Source: an uncultured Candidatus Saccharibacteria bacterium (lineage in GTDB: Bacteria > Patescibacteriota > Minisyncoccia > Phycocordibacterales > CAIRYW01). Taken from it: 64,000 bases of DNA. The notes beneath the pieces were generated by a model that was given only the letters and a program-made list of their open reading frames with translations, made no database searches and was not told where the DNA came from. The DNA is taken from contig CAZOAK010000001.1 in assembly GCA_964577785.1 (NCBI GenBank), forward strand, positions 22,398-86,397, given 5' to 3'. Made by a program: the position numbers and the translations under genes. Shown here one piece after another: positions 28,802-39,703 of the stretch (its first letter is position 1; each line of letters starts with the position of its first letter).

Positions 28802-28834
28802 AAACAGCACCGTGGCAAAGTCACGGTGCTGTTT
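28802..28834. terminator. Repeated terminator, copy 3 (inverted, compensatory change)
   Basis: aaacagcaccgtggcaaagtcacggtgctgttt. Confidence 0.8.
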
Positions 28835-28913
28835 GTAATCATAGAGCTCAGAAAGTTTATTAAAAAACACCACACTTCTTGAGGAAATGGGTGCTTGAGA
28901 TTTTGATCTGTGT

Positions 28914-29369
28914 TCAGTCATGATTCGGTCCAGGTTTTTGAACCCAAACACCCTCAAGGATAGAATCACTATTCAGTCTGACGTACTTCGGCTCATTTCC
29001 TACGGTGAAATCTGCGCTTTCATAATTGAAGCAGAAGTACGTTACGCTTTTGTCGTAGCAAGTACACCCATTCGTATCGACATGTGTTTCCTGTAATCCA
29101 AATATGCGCCATCCCAATTCTGCTGTTGCAAGTTTTGGGTATGGATAAACCCTGTATACCCTACCTCGTTTCAGCACATTGATTGAAAATAGAAATCCAT
29201 TCTCCTTTAGGTAAGATGTACGAGACCGGGCCTGGCAGAAAAAAGTTATTGCCAAGACCAAGATGGGAATTATCACATCCCAGTAGGATGATGGCGTGAA
29301 CATGATGAATAAGCCTGCTAATGCGAATATTGAGAGAAGAAAAAGCCAGATTGCGTTAATAGTTCTCAT
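28914..29369 (-). CDS. Orphan two-TM protein (guest class)
   Basis: Two N-terminal TMs; promoter ttgcta-17-tagtat, boxA-like tgttcgttaaca 29400-29389. Confidence 0.65.
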   Translation of the reverse strand: MRTINAIWLFLLSIFALAGLFIMFTPSSYWDVIIPILVLAITFFCQARSRTSYLKENGFLFSINVLKRGRVYRVYPYPKLATAELGWRIFGLQETHVDTNGCTCYDKSVTYFCFNYESADFTVGNEPKYVRLNSDSILEGVWVQKPGPNHD

Positions 29370-29497
29370 CTGAGTAAATAGACCAAAATGTTAACGAACA
29401 GTACACCAATCGCGGTGGACTTTGCCGTCAGCACCCTGGATTTGGTTTGAATTACAGCAATACTACATAACAGGTTGTAAGTTAGCAAGCTGGTCAG

Positions 29498-29517
29498 CCT
29501 GCCTGTCGGCAGACAGG
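29498..29517. repeat. 20-bp palindrome related to 42-bp element ends
   Basis: cctgcctgtcggcagacagg. Confidence 0.6.
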
Positions 29518-29614
29518 GTTGTGGAAAAACAAAATAATACAGCACCTTTGGGTGCTGTATTATTTATATTTGAGTTTTAAAGCTGTAACCTCTAACCTGA
29601 AACCTATAAGCTAA

Positions 29615-29980
29615 TTATTTAATTTCTGTAATTTTTACCTTAAAGAATGGTTGTCTGTGTCCGTTTTTCTTAAAATATCTACTTTTTTGTTTGTATTTGA
29701 TTACTATGACTTTAGCGTTTCTCCCGATCTCTTCTAGGGTTCCTGAGACCTTAGCACCTTCAATATAAGGAGTTCCAATTGTGGTATTTGAGCCATCATC
29801 AACTAATAGGACTTTGTCAAAAGTGATTTTATCACCTTCTTTTAAATCTCCTTTGATTTTCTCGATTTTTACTGACTCTCCAACAGACACTTTGTAAAGC
29901 ATACCCCCATTAGGAATAACATCGAATTATGAAGCTGTTTCCACCTTTTTTTCTTTAGTTTTTGCTGTTTTTGTAGGCAT
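29615..29980 (-). CDS. rplU: 50S ribosomal protein L21, apparent in-frame stop at 29929-29927
   Basis: YKVSVG...IGTPY...KV...KYK.K.RY.KK.GHRQ; upstream in-frame ATG 29980. Confidence 0.9.
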
Positions 29981-30027
29981 AGGACACATATTACGAAATA
30001 ATCACCAAAAAAGCAAGGGTTTAGAGC

Positions 30028-31104
30028 TTATTCAACTTCTTCCGGCTTCTCTATCGTATCCATTTCAAATCCAATAGATTCTTCCTTTTCTGTAATACGC
30101 ATGACATCCTTATCTATTTTCTTAAATTCCTTTGATGAATTATTATAGTGATTAACTACGGTTGTAATGCTCTGCCCCATTTTTTCATGCACCTCTGAAT
30201 ATTTTTTAAGGTGTGTGACTAGTTCTCCAACTCGCTTAATAATATCCTTCGCCTGCTCCTCTATTTGCATTGCCTTTAGTCCTTGAAGAATTGTCTGTAG
30301 ATATGCCAGAAATGATGTTGGAGAAACAATAATTACATGATATTTACTTGCAGCGCGTTGAATCAGATTTTCATTATCATCCTTGAGTGCTCCGATCTTA
30401 TTTATAATTAGGTCATAATATATAGACTCGTGAGGAATAAACATCATTGCGAAATCCATTGTTCCTTTACCTGGTTGGATGTATTTTGAAGTCTCAGTGA
30501 TTCTGTTCTTTAGATCGTTCACGAATATCTTTTCTAATTTCTCCTTTTCTGCAGGATTTTTTTCCTCAATAATTCTATTGTAGTTTTCTAAACTAAATTT
30601 CGAATCAATTGGAATTATTTTGTCTTTTACACGAACAATGGCGTCAGGAATAAGATCTCTACCCTCCTCATCTTTACCTAGCTGGTATTGCATCTCGTAC
30701 GAACCCGGCGGCAATACATTTTTGAGTAATGTTTCAAGATAATATTCCCCTAGAATTCCACGCTGTTTTGGGTTTTTCAGAATATCTTGAAGCCCTTGGA
30801 GTTGGTCAGCAAATGACACCACCTGCCTATTAGTCTCATCAAGTTTGGTTAGACCCACTGTCACATCCTTAATCATTTTTTGTGATTCTGAAAACTGAGT
30901 TTTCATAGAGTCCTGCATCATTGATGAAGTGTCGCGCATCTTTTCATCAACCACCTTAGATAATGTATTCATTTGCTCTAAAAGTAATTTGAATCCAATA
31001 TGGTCATCTTGCCCTGATTTCTTCTTGTTGCCTAGTATGACAAACAAAATATTGGCAATTATAAGGATTGCAATGACAATGAGTAAAATTGATGTTAATT
31101 CCAT
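30028..31104 (-). CDS. rmuC: DNA recombination protein RmuC
   Basis: N-terminal TM, NPKQRGILGE..LE, PD, IDSKF, DFAMMFIP.E, VSPT. Confidence 0.92.
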   Translation of the reverse strand: MELTSILLIVIAILIIANILFVILGNKKKSGQDDHIGFKLLLEQMNTLSKVVDEKMRDTSSMMQDSMKTQFSESQKMIKDVTVGLTKLDETNRQVVSFADQLQGLQDILKNPKQRGILGEYYLETLLKNVLPPGSYEMQYQLGKDEEGRDLIPDAIVRVKDKIIPIDSKFSLENYNRIIEEKNPAEKEKLEKIFVNDLKNRITETSKYIQPGKGTMDFAMMFIPHESIYYDLIINKIGALKDDNENLIQRAASKYHVIIVSPTSFLAYLQTILQGLKAMQIEEQAKDIIKRVGELVTHLKKYSEVHEKMGQSITTVVNHYNNSSKEFKKIDKDVMRITEKEESIGFEMDTIEKPEEVE

Positions 31105-31207
31105 GTCAGTAAGTATAAAGTATAAAGTGGAAAGTAGAAAGTGTCCCAAAATTCATGATATAATGCCTAAATAAGGATTTAACTCCTTTTCACTTATAAC
31201 TAAATTC

Positions 31208-31654
31208 ATGCACGAACAAATTAAAGCCAAAATAAAAGAAGCAATGCTCGCCAAAGATTCTCTAAGATTAAATGTATACAGAGGTATTTCCGCAGCATTT
31301 ACAAGTGAAGTAATGGCAAAGGGCAAAACTCCACAGGATATGCTCGGAGATGATGATTGTCTCGTTGTACTTAAAAGACTATCAAAGCAGAGAAAGGATA
31401 GCATCGAGCAATTTGAAAAAGGTGGACGCCCAGAACTTGCTGAATCAGAAAAAGAAGAATTGGCAGTTATTGAAACATTTCTTCCAAAAGCGCTAGGTAA
31501 AGATGAGATAAGAAAAGTTGCAGAAGCTAAAAAAGCAGAGCTAAATATTACAGATAAATCTAAAGTAGGAATACTGACAGGTGCAGTGATGAAAGAACTA
31601 AAAGGTCAAGCGGATGGTGCTGATGTGAAGGAAGTTGTTGAGAGTTTATTTTAA
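31208..31654 (+). CDS. GatB/YqeY domain protein
   Basis: K.AM.AKD, KQRKDSIEQFEKGGR.EL, G.ADG. Confidence 0.93.
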   Translation: MHEQIKAKIKEAMLAKDSLRLNVYRGISAAFTSEVMAKGKTPQDMLGDDDCLVVLKRLSKQRKDSIEQFEKGGRPELAESEKEELAVIETFLPKALGKDEIRKVAEAKKAELNITDKSKVGILTGAVMKELKGQADGADVKEVVESLF

Positions 31655-32875
31655 AAAATTTATTTTTCTGATTTTTTTGTGATATCTTATCGCAAATCTA
31701 TGTGCTTCTGCGTTAGAAAGTAATATTTCTTTTCTATATTTAATTGCAAGAGTCTGATCACCCAGAACATCTTTTGGTTGATGTCTTGAATCCTTAACTA
31801 CTGAAACGACTGGAATTGTTAAATTATTTTTTTCTAAAATACTATTCATGGTATTTAATTGAGCTACACCTCCGTCTACTACAATGAGATTTGGCATTGG
31901 CCATTCTGTATGTTTTAATCGTCTTTCTAGTATTTCTGACAATGCTTTTGGATCATTTGATGATGAAACTGTTTTAATTTTGAATTTTCTATATTGGTTT
32001 TTATCGGCTACTCCATCAGACACAACGGTCATTACTCCCACCATATTATCTCCTGACATATGAGCAATGTCATAACTTTCTATACGAAAATTATGAGCTT
32101 TAAGTTTTTGGTTGTTATTTGTTGGGAAATAATCATTCTTAATCAGTGCAATATCCTGAATATGAGTCAGTGCATATATTCTATCTCGAAGTATTTTTGC
32201 CACTTCGAACTTTTGCTCTTTCGCTAACTTTTTCATATCTTTCTCCAGTTCTTTTACCACACCTTTAACATCACCTTTCAAAAATTTCTCAATTCTTTTT
32301 ACGCGCACCTCATAATAATGCTTTTCTATAGCACCGATACACGTCCCAGGACAGAGTCCTATTGTGTAATTAAAGCAAGGGCGTTTTGAATTCAAGTGAC
32401 ACTTTGCATCTCTGTAAGGAAAAATTTTCTGGACTATCTTAAGAGCCTCTCTGAGCTGTGCTCCATTAGTAAAAGGACCGAAAACAGATCGAGCAGTTAC
32501 ACTTTTCAAATCCTTTTTACGAATTACTAAAATCTGCGGGAAGTCTTCCTTGGTGATAACAACACAATTAAAACTTTTATCATCTTTTTCTTTTGTATTA
32601 TAAACTGGACGGAATTTTTTGATTAAATCTGCCTCAAGCAAAAGCGCCTCCAGAACTGAATCTGTTGGTTTAAAATCTATAGAATGAGCTTCTTCAAACA
32701 TTTTGACCAGCAATTTCCCTCTTGTTTGGATTAAATCTGAAGAAAAATAACTCCTAACTCTGTCTCTTAGTGATGTTGCTTTACCAATATAAAGAATCTT
32801 TTTTCGTTTGTTTAAGAAAAAGTATACTCCGGGAGTATCAGGAAGTTTGATTTTTTTAAAATTCTCAATAGTCAT
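31646..32875 (-). CDS. uvrC: Excinuclease ABC subunit C (short form)
   Basis: LPDTPGVY..LYIGKA..LR.RV.SYF, UVR domain, RIESYDIAH, VDGG..Q, EAHRFA. Confidence 0.9.
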   Translation of the reverse strand: MTIENFKKIKLPDTPGVYFFLNKRKKILYIGKATSLRDRVRSYFSSDLIQTRGKLLVKMFEEAHSIDFKPTDSVLEALLLEADLIKKFRPVYNTKEKDDKSFNCVVITKEDFPQILVIRKKDLKSVTARSVFGPFTNGAQLREALKIVQKIFPYRDAKCHLNSKRPCFNYTIGLCPGTCIGAIEKHYYEVRVKRIEKFLKGDVKGVVKELEKDMKKLAKEQKFEVAKILRDRIYALTHIQDIALIKNDYFPTNNNQKLKAHNFRIESYDIAHMSGDNMVGVMTVVSDGVADKNQYRKFKIKTVSSSNDPKALSEILERRLKHTEWPMPNLIVVDGGVAQLNTMNSILEKNNLTIPVVSVVKDSRHQPKDVLGDQTLAIKYRKEILLSNAEAHRFAIRYHKKIRKINFLK

Positions 32876-33140
32876 ATATCTATATTATCAGTAAGTTGTA
32901 GTATTTCATAAAACGTAAACAGGACACCTTCAAATAATGATAAGTGTCCTGTCTGTGAAAATAAAAGAGCTTCCCACTTTGGTTATCACCTACCAAAAGG
33001 TTAGAAGATGGCTGGCATCTCCCATCAATTCTAGTGAGGTACTGGTATGTACGCCACCCCTCCCATAAGGTTGCCAGATCAGGCAATGAATTAATGTCAT
33101 CTGCATTTAAGCATGTTTATTCACAGATGTAAATACTAAC

Positions 33141-35762
33141 CTATTTATTTAAAACTTTTTTCAAATATTGGCCGGTGTATGATTTTTTGTTATTAGCAAC
33201 TTCCTCTGGAGTTCCTTTTGCCACCAATTGTCCCCCGCCATCTCCACCATCAGGACCTATATCAATTATAAAATCTGAACATTTAATAAGATCCATATTA
33301 TGCTCAATGACAACTACAGTATTGCCTTTGTTTACAAGAGTTTGAAGTATTTCGATTAATTTTTTAACGTCTTCATAGTGTAGTCCTACAGTCGGCTCAT
33401 CTAATAGATAAATTGTTTTTTGAATGTGACTTCTATAAAGTTCTGAAGAGATTTTGACTCTTTGCGCCTCTCCACCTGAAAGTGTTGTAGCGCTTTGCCC
33501 AAGTTTTACATACCCAAGCCCCACTTCATCTAGTGTCCTGAGTCTGTCATAAACAGTTGGAATATCTTCAAAAAATGCCAAAGCTTCTTCGATGGTCATT
33601 TCTAGAACATCAAAAATACTTTTCTTTTTATATTTTATTTCTAGAGTCTCTTTCATAAACCTCTTACCATTACAAACATCGCATGTGACATAAACTGTTG
33701 GTAAGAAGTGCATTTCTACTTCTATCATTCCATTACCTTCACAAGTCTCACATCGTCCGCCTTTGCGGTTAAATGAGAATCTGCCAGCATTCCATCCTCG
33801 CACACGAGCCTCTGATGATGCGGCAAATAGGTCTCGTATATGAGTCCACGCCCCTGTATAAGTGACAGGATTAGAACGGGGTGTGCGTCCGATTGGAGAC
33901 TGATCAATTAAGATTGTGCGATTTATATACTCTGTACCTGTAAATGATGAACAATTAAATGTTTGTGCAGTTCTGTGTTTTCTTTCAAGTTTTGCTTGTA
34001 AATTTTTGTGTAATATTTCATAAACAAAAGATGATTTACCAGATCCTGATACACCTGTTACTGTAACAAGTCTTCCTAGAGGAATCTCTACATTCATATT
34101 TGTGATATTAAAAATTTTACCTCCTGCAATTTTTATTTTACCTTTGTCTTGTGTTCGTCTTTCATCTGGAATTTCTACTTTTTCTTCTTCACGGAGATAT
34201 GCGAGGGTCAAGGATTCTGAATCGTTTTTCTTTGCAGTAATAAGATCATCCAAATATCCTGACACCACAACATTACCACCATGAACACCAGCTCCTGGGC
34301 CAATATCAATAATGAAATCAGAGGCGAACATTGTGTCTTCATCATGTTCTACAACGAGAATTGTATTACCTAAATCACGCAAATGAAGCAGTGTTTTAAT
34401 GAGTCTGTCGTTATCTCGTTGATGCAGACCAATTGTTGGCTCATCAAGCACATATAAAGCTCCTACAAGTCCAGAACCGAGCTGCGAAGCAAGTCTTATT
34501 CGCTGAGCCTCACCACCAGACAGAGTATTTGCTCGCCTATCGAGTGATAAATACTCGATACCAACATTTACCATGAATTTGAGTCGTGCTTGAATTTCCT
34601 TTATAACAACTTTAGAAATTTCTATATCTTTTTCACTTAGATCCAAATTATCAAAAAATTCCACAGCGTTTTTGATGGACATTTCAACTAAATTAACTAT
34701 GTTTATTTTGTGGCCAATATAAACATGGAGTGCTTCCGGTCTGAGACGTGCACCATTACAAACCTTACATAATTCATTTACAAAAAATTCTCGTGTACCC
34801 AAACCATTACACTCAGGACATGCGCCGTATGGGGAGTTAAAAGAAAATAATCGTGGTTCTATCTCAGGATATGAGAATCCATCGTAGGGACACATAAATT
34901 TAGAGGAAATTAAATGACTGTCAGTAGGAGTCTTAATGCGGAGTAGTCCCTCTGATTCAGTAAGAGCTCGCTCGATTGCCTCACTTAATCTTTCTTTGAA
35001 ACTTGGAGTATTTTCTTTTAGTTCTGAGAAATAAAATTCGTCCACCAGAACATCAATGTCATGCTTTTTGGTTTTAGATAATTCAATTCTTTCGCGTAGG
35101 TTCTTTTCTACTCCATCAACCATAACTTTTTCATATCCTTTACCTAAAAGATCATAAAGCATTTGATAGTATTCGCCCTTTCGTCCTACAACTATTGGAG
35201 AATAAATTTGAAAAGTTAATGAATCAATTTTAACTCCTAATATTTCTTTCGATCGCTTGCCATCTAGCAGTTTTGAATTGCTATCAGGGTCAATAGAATT
35301 AACTGTATGTAAAATCGTTTCAAATATTTCTTCTTTAGAAAGTTTTTTTATCTCTCTACCGCATTCTAGACAATGAGGCTTCCCTATTCGAGCAAACAAT
35401 ATTCTCAGATAATCATAAATTTCAGTGATTGTAGCGACGGTTGAACGAGGATTATTAGAACGAGACTTTTGATCAATAGAAATGGCTGGAGAAAGGCCTG
35501 TGATTTCATCCACGTCAGGTTTCTGCATTTGTCGAAGAAATTGTCGCGCGTAAGATGATAGTGATTCTACATATCTGCGCTGACCTTCAGCAAATACAGT
35601 ATCGAATGCAAAAGATGATTTACCAGAACCAGAAAGTCCTGTAACAGCAATCATTTTGTTGCGAGGAATCTCTACTGTAATGTTTTTGAGGTTATGAGTT
35701 CGGGCACCCTTAACAACAATTTTTTCTACATCCCTATCTAATTTTTTGACGTGTTTATGCAT
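33141..35762 (-). CDS. uvrA: Excinuclease ABC subunit A
   Basis: [27 protein letters not shown] twice. Confidence 0.97.
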   Translation of the reverse strand: MHKHVKKLDRDVEKIVVKGARTHNLKNITVEIPRNKMIAVTGLSGSGKSSFAFDTVFAEGQRRYVESLSSYARQFLRQMQKPDVDEITGLSPAISIDQKSRSNNPRSTVATITEIYDYLRILFARIGKPHCLECGREIKKLSKEEIFETILHTVNSIDPDSNSKLLDGKRSKEILGVKIDSLTFQIYSPIVVGRKGEYYQMLYDLLGKGYEKVMVDGVEKNLRERIELSKTKKHDIDVLVDEFYFSELKENTPSFKERLSEAIERALTESEGLLRIKTPTDSHLISSKFMCPYDGFSYPEIEPRLFSFNSPYGACPECNGLGTREFFVNELCKVCNGARLRPEALHVYIGHKINIVNLVEMSIKNAVEFFDNLDLSEKDIEISKVVIKEIQARLKFMVNVGIEYLSLDRRANTLSGGEAQRIRLASQLGSGLVGALYVLDEPTIGLHQRDNDRLIKTLLHLRDLGNTILVVEHDEDTMFASDFIIDIGPGAGVHGGNVVVSGYLDDLITAKKNDSESLTLAYLREEEKVEIPDERRTQDKGKIKIAGGKIFNITNMNVEIPLGRLVTVTGVSGSGKSSFVYEILHKNLQAKLERKHRTAQTFNCSSFTGTEYINRTILIDQSPIGRTPRSNPVTYTGAWTHIRDLFAASSEARVRGWNAGRFSFNRKGGRCETCEGNGMIEVEMHFLPTVYVTCDVCNGKRFMKETLEIKYKKKSIFDVLEMTIEEALAFFEDIPTVYDRLRTLDEVGLGYVKLGQSATTLSGGEAQRVKISSELYRSHIQKTIYLLDEPTVGLHYEDVKKLIEILQTLVNKGNTVVVIEHNMDLIKCSDFIIDIGPDGGDGGGQLVAKGTPEEVANNKKSYTGQYLKKVLNK

Positions 35763-35859
35763 TTGAGCTACATATTATAGCAGAAAAACATGACTTTGAC
35801 AAAATGTAGATTTATGATTATATAACTAAGGAAAATTGCAATCTCAACACTACTCAATT

Positions 35860-36150
35860 ATGAACCCAAATGATGAGCAGATTACACTCTATGTTCTTCT
35901 AACTATCGCACTGGCCGCACTCTTCATTCGTGGCTGCTGGCACTTTTACAACAAATACGTTGAGGAGGAATGTTGCCCTATATGCAAAACACGACTGGAA
36001 ACTAAAGCAAAAAGCTCACATGTCATTCAAAGAGGGATCAAAACCATTAAAATCGCAACCTGTCCAAAGTGTAAAGTTACTTTTCGCAGAACAGACATGA
36101 ATTGGACAGCGAGAAAGAAAATACTTCTGGGTGCGTGGGAGCGAAAGTAA
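35860..36150 (+). CDS. Orphan TM plus zinc-ribbon protein
   Basis: TM, CPIC...CPKC; ttgaca promoter and A/C-rich leader. Confidence 0.65.
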   Translation: MNPNDEQITLYVLLTIALAALFIRGCWHFYNKYVEEECCPICKTRLETKAKSSHVIQRGIKTIKIATCPKCKVTFRRTDMNWTARKKILLGAWERK

Positions 36151-36271
36151 GCAATCGTCTGGCCTGTGGTCTGGCGATTTTTTATTTCTAAATTTTGACA
36201 AAATAGATATGGGATGGTTATATAGTAAAAGATTAAAGAAACCACGATCTGAAACCAAAAAAACCACATTC

Positions 36272-36574
36272 ATGAGTGCAATTCAGATGACATCAATCTT
36301 GGAACATAGACCTGCAGTTGGAGATCTTTTCTTCTTTCAGTACAGTATCATGCCTCGTAGGCTAGACCTCATCATAACTGATAACGGCTATAAGCCATAC
36401 ATATTTTCTGACACACGGGAAGTGGATGGGGCTGTGAACGTAACCACTGAATGCTTCTCACTTTCAACAAGAGAGGTTGTTGAAACGTATTTCAGTTGGT
36501 CTAGAGAAGTGAGGTTGACCCTGACCCTGTTTAATGGACCAAACTTTAGCATCTGGCGAGCTGTATTTAGGTAA
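36272..36574 (+). CDS. Orphan hypothetical protein
   Basis: ATG after aaaccaaaaaaaccacattc; own ttgaca promoter. Confidence 0.55.
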   Translation: MSAIQMTSILEHRPAVGDLFFFQYSIMPRRLDLIITDNGYKPYIFSDTREVDGAVNVTTECFSLSTREVVETYFSWSREVRLTLTLFNGPNFSIWRAVFR

Positions 36575-36620
36575 TAGAAGGTTCTTCCTCTAGAGTCTGA
36601 AACCACACCTGGTCTCAGCT

Positions 36621-38648
36621 CTATTTTTTTGCCTCTAACTTTTTATTTAATTCAATAATTTCATCCCGTAGTATGGCAGCTGTTTCAAAGTCTAACTCTT
36701 TTACAGCGAGTGACATTTGCTTTTCTTTTTCCTTTATAAATTTCTTTGGATCTTTTTCAAATAAGAAACTATCAACTGATAATAAGGAATCAATAGTATT
36801 TTTCCTTTCCGATTGAATCGTCTCAGTAATATCTTTAATATTTTTTAAAATTGTTTTTGGGGTTATTCCGTGTTCAGTATTGTAAGCAATTTGGATATTT
36901 CTTCTCCTATTTGTTTCGCCAATCGCCTTTTCCATTGATTTGGTCATGTGATCAGCATATAAAATAACCCTGCCCTCAACATTTCTTGCAGCTCTACCTA
37001 TAGTTTGAATGAGTGATGTTTCGGAACGCAGGAATCCTTCTTTATCAGCATCCAATATTCCAATGAGTGCTACTTCAGGCAGATCCAATCCTTCTCGAAG
37101 TAGGTTTACTCCCACAAGCACATCGAACTTCCCTCTTCGAAATTCTGTAAGAATTTGAATTCTATCCAAAGTCATTATGTCGCTATGCAAATATTCTGCT
37201 TTTATCTTTTTTTCCTTCAAAAATTCTGAAAGGTCCTCTGCCATTTTCTTAGTAAGGGTTGTTGCAATAACTCTAAAGCCTTTTTTGATAGTTTTTTCCG
37301 CCTCTTCAATAAAATCTTTTATTTGACCCTTGTAGTTTCCATTTTCAGTTACTGGTTTGATATCAATCTGAGGATCAATGAGTCCAGTTGGACGAATAAC
37401 TTGCTCCGCGATATTCTCACTATGTTCCTTTTCATATACACCAGGAGTTGCAGAAGTATAAATAACCTGTCCAACACTTTCCTCAAATTCATTAAACTTA
37501 AGAGGTCTGTTGTCAGCCGCTGATGGAAGTCTAAATCCGAAATCAATTAAATTCTTCTTTCTTGAAGCATCGCCAGCATACATTCCACCAATTTGGGACA
37601 CTGTCACATGTGATTCATCAATGATTGTTAAGAAATCAGGGCTACCGTCTGCCTTGTGTGGGAAATATGAAAGCAGCGTTTCTGGAGCCTCACCAGTTTT
37701 TTTATCAGAAAAATGTCGTGAGTAGTTTTCAATACCATTACAATATCCAACTTCGCGAATAAGTGCCAAATCATATGTTGTTCGTCTTTTTAATCTTTCT
37801 GCTTCAATATTTTTACCTTCTTTTTCTAATTCTTTTAAACGAGCTTTTAATTCTTGACTTATACTTTCTATTGCACGCTTCTGTCCAGCTTCGTCAGTGA
37901 TAAAGTGCTTGGCTGGAAATAAAAAGAAGACATCTATTTCTTCAATAATTTCTCTTGTAACAGCATCCACCTTAAAAATTCTAAGTATTTCATCTCCCTT
38001 AAAATCAATTTTGAATATTACTCTTTCATTAACTGGCATTATCTCTACCGTATTACCGAGAGCTCTGAATTGTCCGGGACTAAGATCTGCTATTGTTCTA
38101 TCAAAGTGTATGTCGATAAATTTACGCGCAAGATCATTCCGACTTATTTTTTGTCCAACATCCACTCTGACATTTACCTTTTCGTATTCTTTTGGAGATC
38201 CTAAACCATAAATGCACGATACAGATGAGACTATGATTACATCTTTGCGAGTCAGAAGCGCTTGAGTTGATGCATGCCGGAGACGCTCAATCTCTTCGTT
38301 TATTTGAGCCTCTTTTTCAATGTAGGTATCGGATGCACTCATGTATGCTTCTGGTTGATAGTAATCATAATAAGAAACAAAATAATGAACAGCATTTTCT
38401 GGGAAGAATTCTCGATATTCTTGAGCAAGCTGAGCCGCGAGAGTTTTGTTGTGTGCAATAACCAATGTTGGTTTACCAACATTATGTATTACATTCGCAG
38501 CAGTGTAAGTCTTACCAGAACCAGTCACCCCTAAAAGAGTCTGGTGCTTAAAACCTTTTTTAATTCCCTCCGTTAATGACTCTATGGCTTTCGGCTGGTC
38601 TCCAGCCGGAAGATATTCGCTCCTAATTTTAAATAGATTTGATTGCAT
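36621..38648 (-). CDS. uvrB: Excinuclease ABC subunit B
   Basis: PAGDQP.AI, GVTGSGKT, FVSYYDYYQPEAY, DESH, NLLREGLD. Confidence 0.97.
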   Translation of the reverse strand: MQSNLFKIRSEYLPAGDQPKAIESLTEGIKKGFKHQTLLGVTGSGKTYTAANVIHNVGKPTLVIAHNKTLAAQLAQEYREFFPENAVHYFVSYYDYYQPEAYMSASDTYIEKEAQINEEIERLRHASTQALLTRKDVIIVSSVSCIYGLGSPKEYEKVNVRVDVGQKISRNDLARKFIDIHFDRTIADLSPGQFRALGNTVEIMPVNERVIFKIDFKGDEILRIFKVDAVTREIIEEIDVFFLFPAKHFITDEAGQKRAIESISQELKARLKELEKEGKNIEAERLKRRTTYDLALIREVGYCNGIENYSRHFSDKKTGEAPETLLSYFPHKADGSPDFLTIIDESHVTVSQIGGMYAGDASRKKNLIDFGFRLPSAADNRPLKFNEFEESVGQVIYTSATPGVYEKEHSENIAEQVIRPTGLIDPQIDIKPVTENGNYKGQIKDFIEEAEKTIKKGFRVIATTLTKKMAEDLSEFLKEKKIKAEYLHSDIMTLDRIQILTEFRRGKFDVLVGVNLLREGLDLPEVALIGILDADKEGFLRSETSLIQTIGRAARNVEGRVILYADHMTKSMEKAIGETNRRRNIQIAYNTEHGITPKTILKNIKDITETIQSERKNTIDSLLSVDSFLFEKDPKKFIKEKEKQMSLAVKELDFETAAILRDEIIELNKKLEAKK

Positions 38649-38657
38649 AGATAAATA

Positions 38658-38762
38658 TTAATATAGCACTTCGCGCCCCGTAGCAAATTTGTAATCAAAT
38701 TTTACTTTGGGGTCTCCAGCCGGAGAGTATTCACTCTTAATTTTGAATAAGTTTCCCTTCAT
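38658..38762 (-). pseudogene. Duplicated uvrB 5' fragment (34-codon ORF)
   Basis: MKGNLFKIKSEYSPAGD vs UvrB MQSNLFKIRSEYLPAGD. Confidence 0.75.
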
Positions 38763-38856
38763 AGAAGATGATATTACAATAAAAACAGCGTCTTGCCCAT
38801 GGCCACGAAACACGCAAAGGTGTACGGGCAAGCAAGACGCTTCATAAAGAACAATT

Positions 38857-39048
38857 TTACCGCATTTCACTCTTGAATCTGCGCCTCCTCCTGGTTTCAT
38901 TTTTATCTGCAGAAATCCACAGACACATACCAAACTGGAGTTTAATTTCTCCAAACGGTACGTCAGGAAATTCCTTTCTGACTTTTGCTAGCATTTCTGC
39001 CAGAGTTTTAACTCCGTCGACTGGGAAAATACCTATTTCTTTTTTCAT
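38857..39048 (-). CDS. Orphan 63-aa protein (guest class)
   Basis: Leader ctaaccaacaatcattATG; hairpin 38782-38842 downstream. Confidence 0.55.
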   Translation of the reverse strand: MKKEIGIFPVDGVKTLAEMLAKVRKEFPDVPFGEIKLQFGMCLWISADKNETRRRRRFKSEMR

Positions 39049-39098
39049 AATGATTGTTGGTTAGAGTACAGAACCTTCCGTACTCGTATTTACAATCA

Positions 39099-39188
39099 TT
39101 AGAAACAATTACAAATAGAAACACAGAAAGATTTGTGGCTTTTGGTTTTCTTTGTAGTTTTTAAAAATAAATTCATAATTTGTATCAT
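39099..39188 (-). CDS. Candidate 29-aa Cys-rich peptide
   Basis: MIQIMNLFLKTTKKTKSHKSFCVSICNCF after acaaccaacgattATG. Confidence 0.4.
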   Translation of the reverse strand: MIQIMNLFLKTTKKTKSHKSFCVSICNCF

Positions 39189-39263
39189 AATCGTTGGTTG
39201 TAGGTTTTATAAAAAGTTGGCGGATTTTTAGGTCCGCCAAGTTATCAAAAGAACATTGTTCAC

Positions 39264-39353
39264 CTACCCGTTGTAGTTCCAGATTTCTTCGTCACTAAAC
39301 AGGATTTTGATTGGTGGTTTAGGATCTGATTTTGCAAGAGTTTGAGCAGTCAT
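39264..39353 (-). CDS. Candidate 29-aa peptide
   Basis: MTAQTLAKSDPKPPIKILFSDEEIWNYNG. Confidence 0.35.
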   Translation of the reverse strand: MTAQTLAKSDPKPPIKILFSDEEIWNYNG

Positions 39354-39370
39354 TTTATTGGATTTCTGGG

Positions 39371-39643
39371 TCAAAAGAACACATAAACATAATTGTGGGC
39401 ATCCTCACGACAAAACTCACATTCAGTCGTGTGATCATCACAATTCCTTAATTTAATTTCGTTCACAAGCCACCTGAGTGGAATTGGGCTCGGAGAACGA
39501 ACAGTCAGTCCAGAACCATGCTCAAATATTTCAACTGGGAATTCATCACAGTTTCCTGTTAAAATTCCTCGGCCGACAATTTGAACTAGAGCACTTAGAC
39601 TATTCAATCCTGTTTTCAGTTTGGTTAATGGTATTCGTGCCAT
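39371..39643 (-). CDS. Orphan 90-aa protein
   Basis: ORF with C..H...C..C near the C-terminus. Confidence 0.55.
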   Translation of the reverse strand: MARIPLTKLKTGLNSLSALVQIVGRGILTGNCDEFPVEIFEHGSGLTVRSPSPIPLRWLVNEIKLRNCDDHTTECEFCREDAHNYVYVFF

Positions 39644-39703
39644 AACAAAAGAGCTCCCTTCGCTTTATGCTTGAGAGCTCGTTTTTGGTGTAAATAGTTT
39701 AGA

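Noticed and set aside
28601-28969. 123-aa N-terminal extension of DnaB in the ORF track
   Set aside because: It runs through a terminator and the neighbouring gene; a leaderless promoter and normal DnaB length support ATG 28600
29927-29929. Stop-codon recoding or alternative genetic code
   Set aside because: Single TAA among other local anomalies; the other conserved genes read through normally in code 11
38658-38954. 98-aa ORF in the track
   Set aside because: It joins an off-frame part of the 63-aa gene, a terminator-like hairpin and the uvrB duplicate; only the last 34 codons are explained
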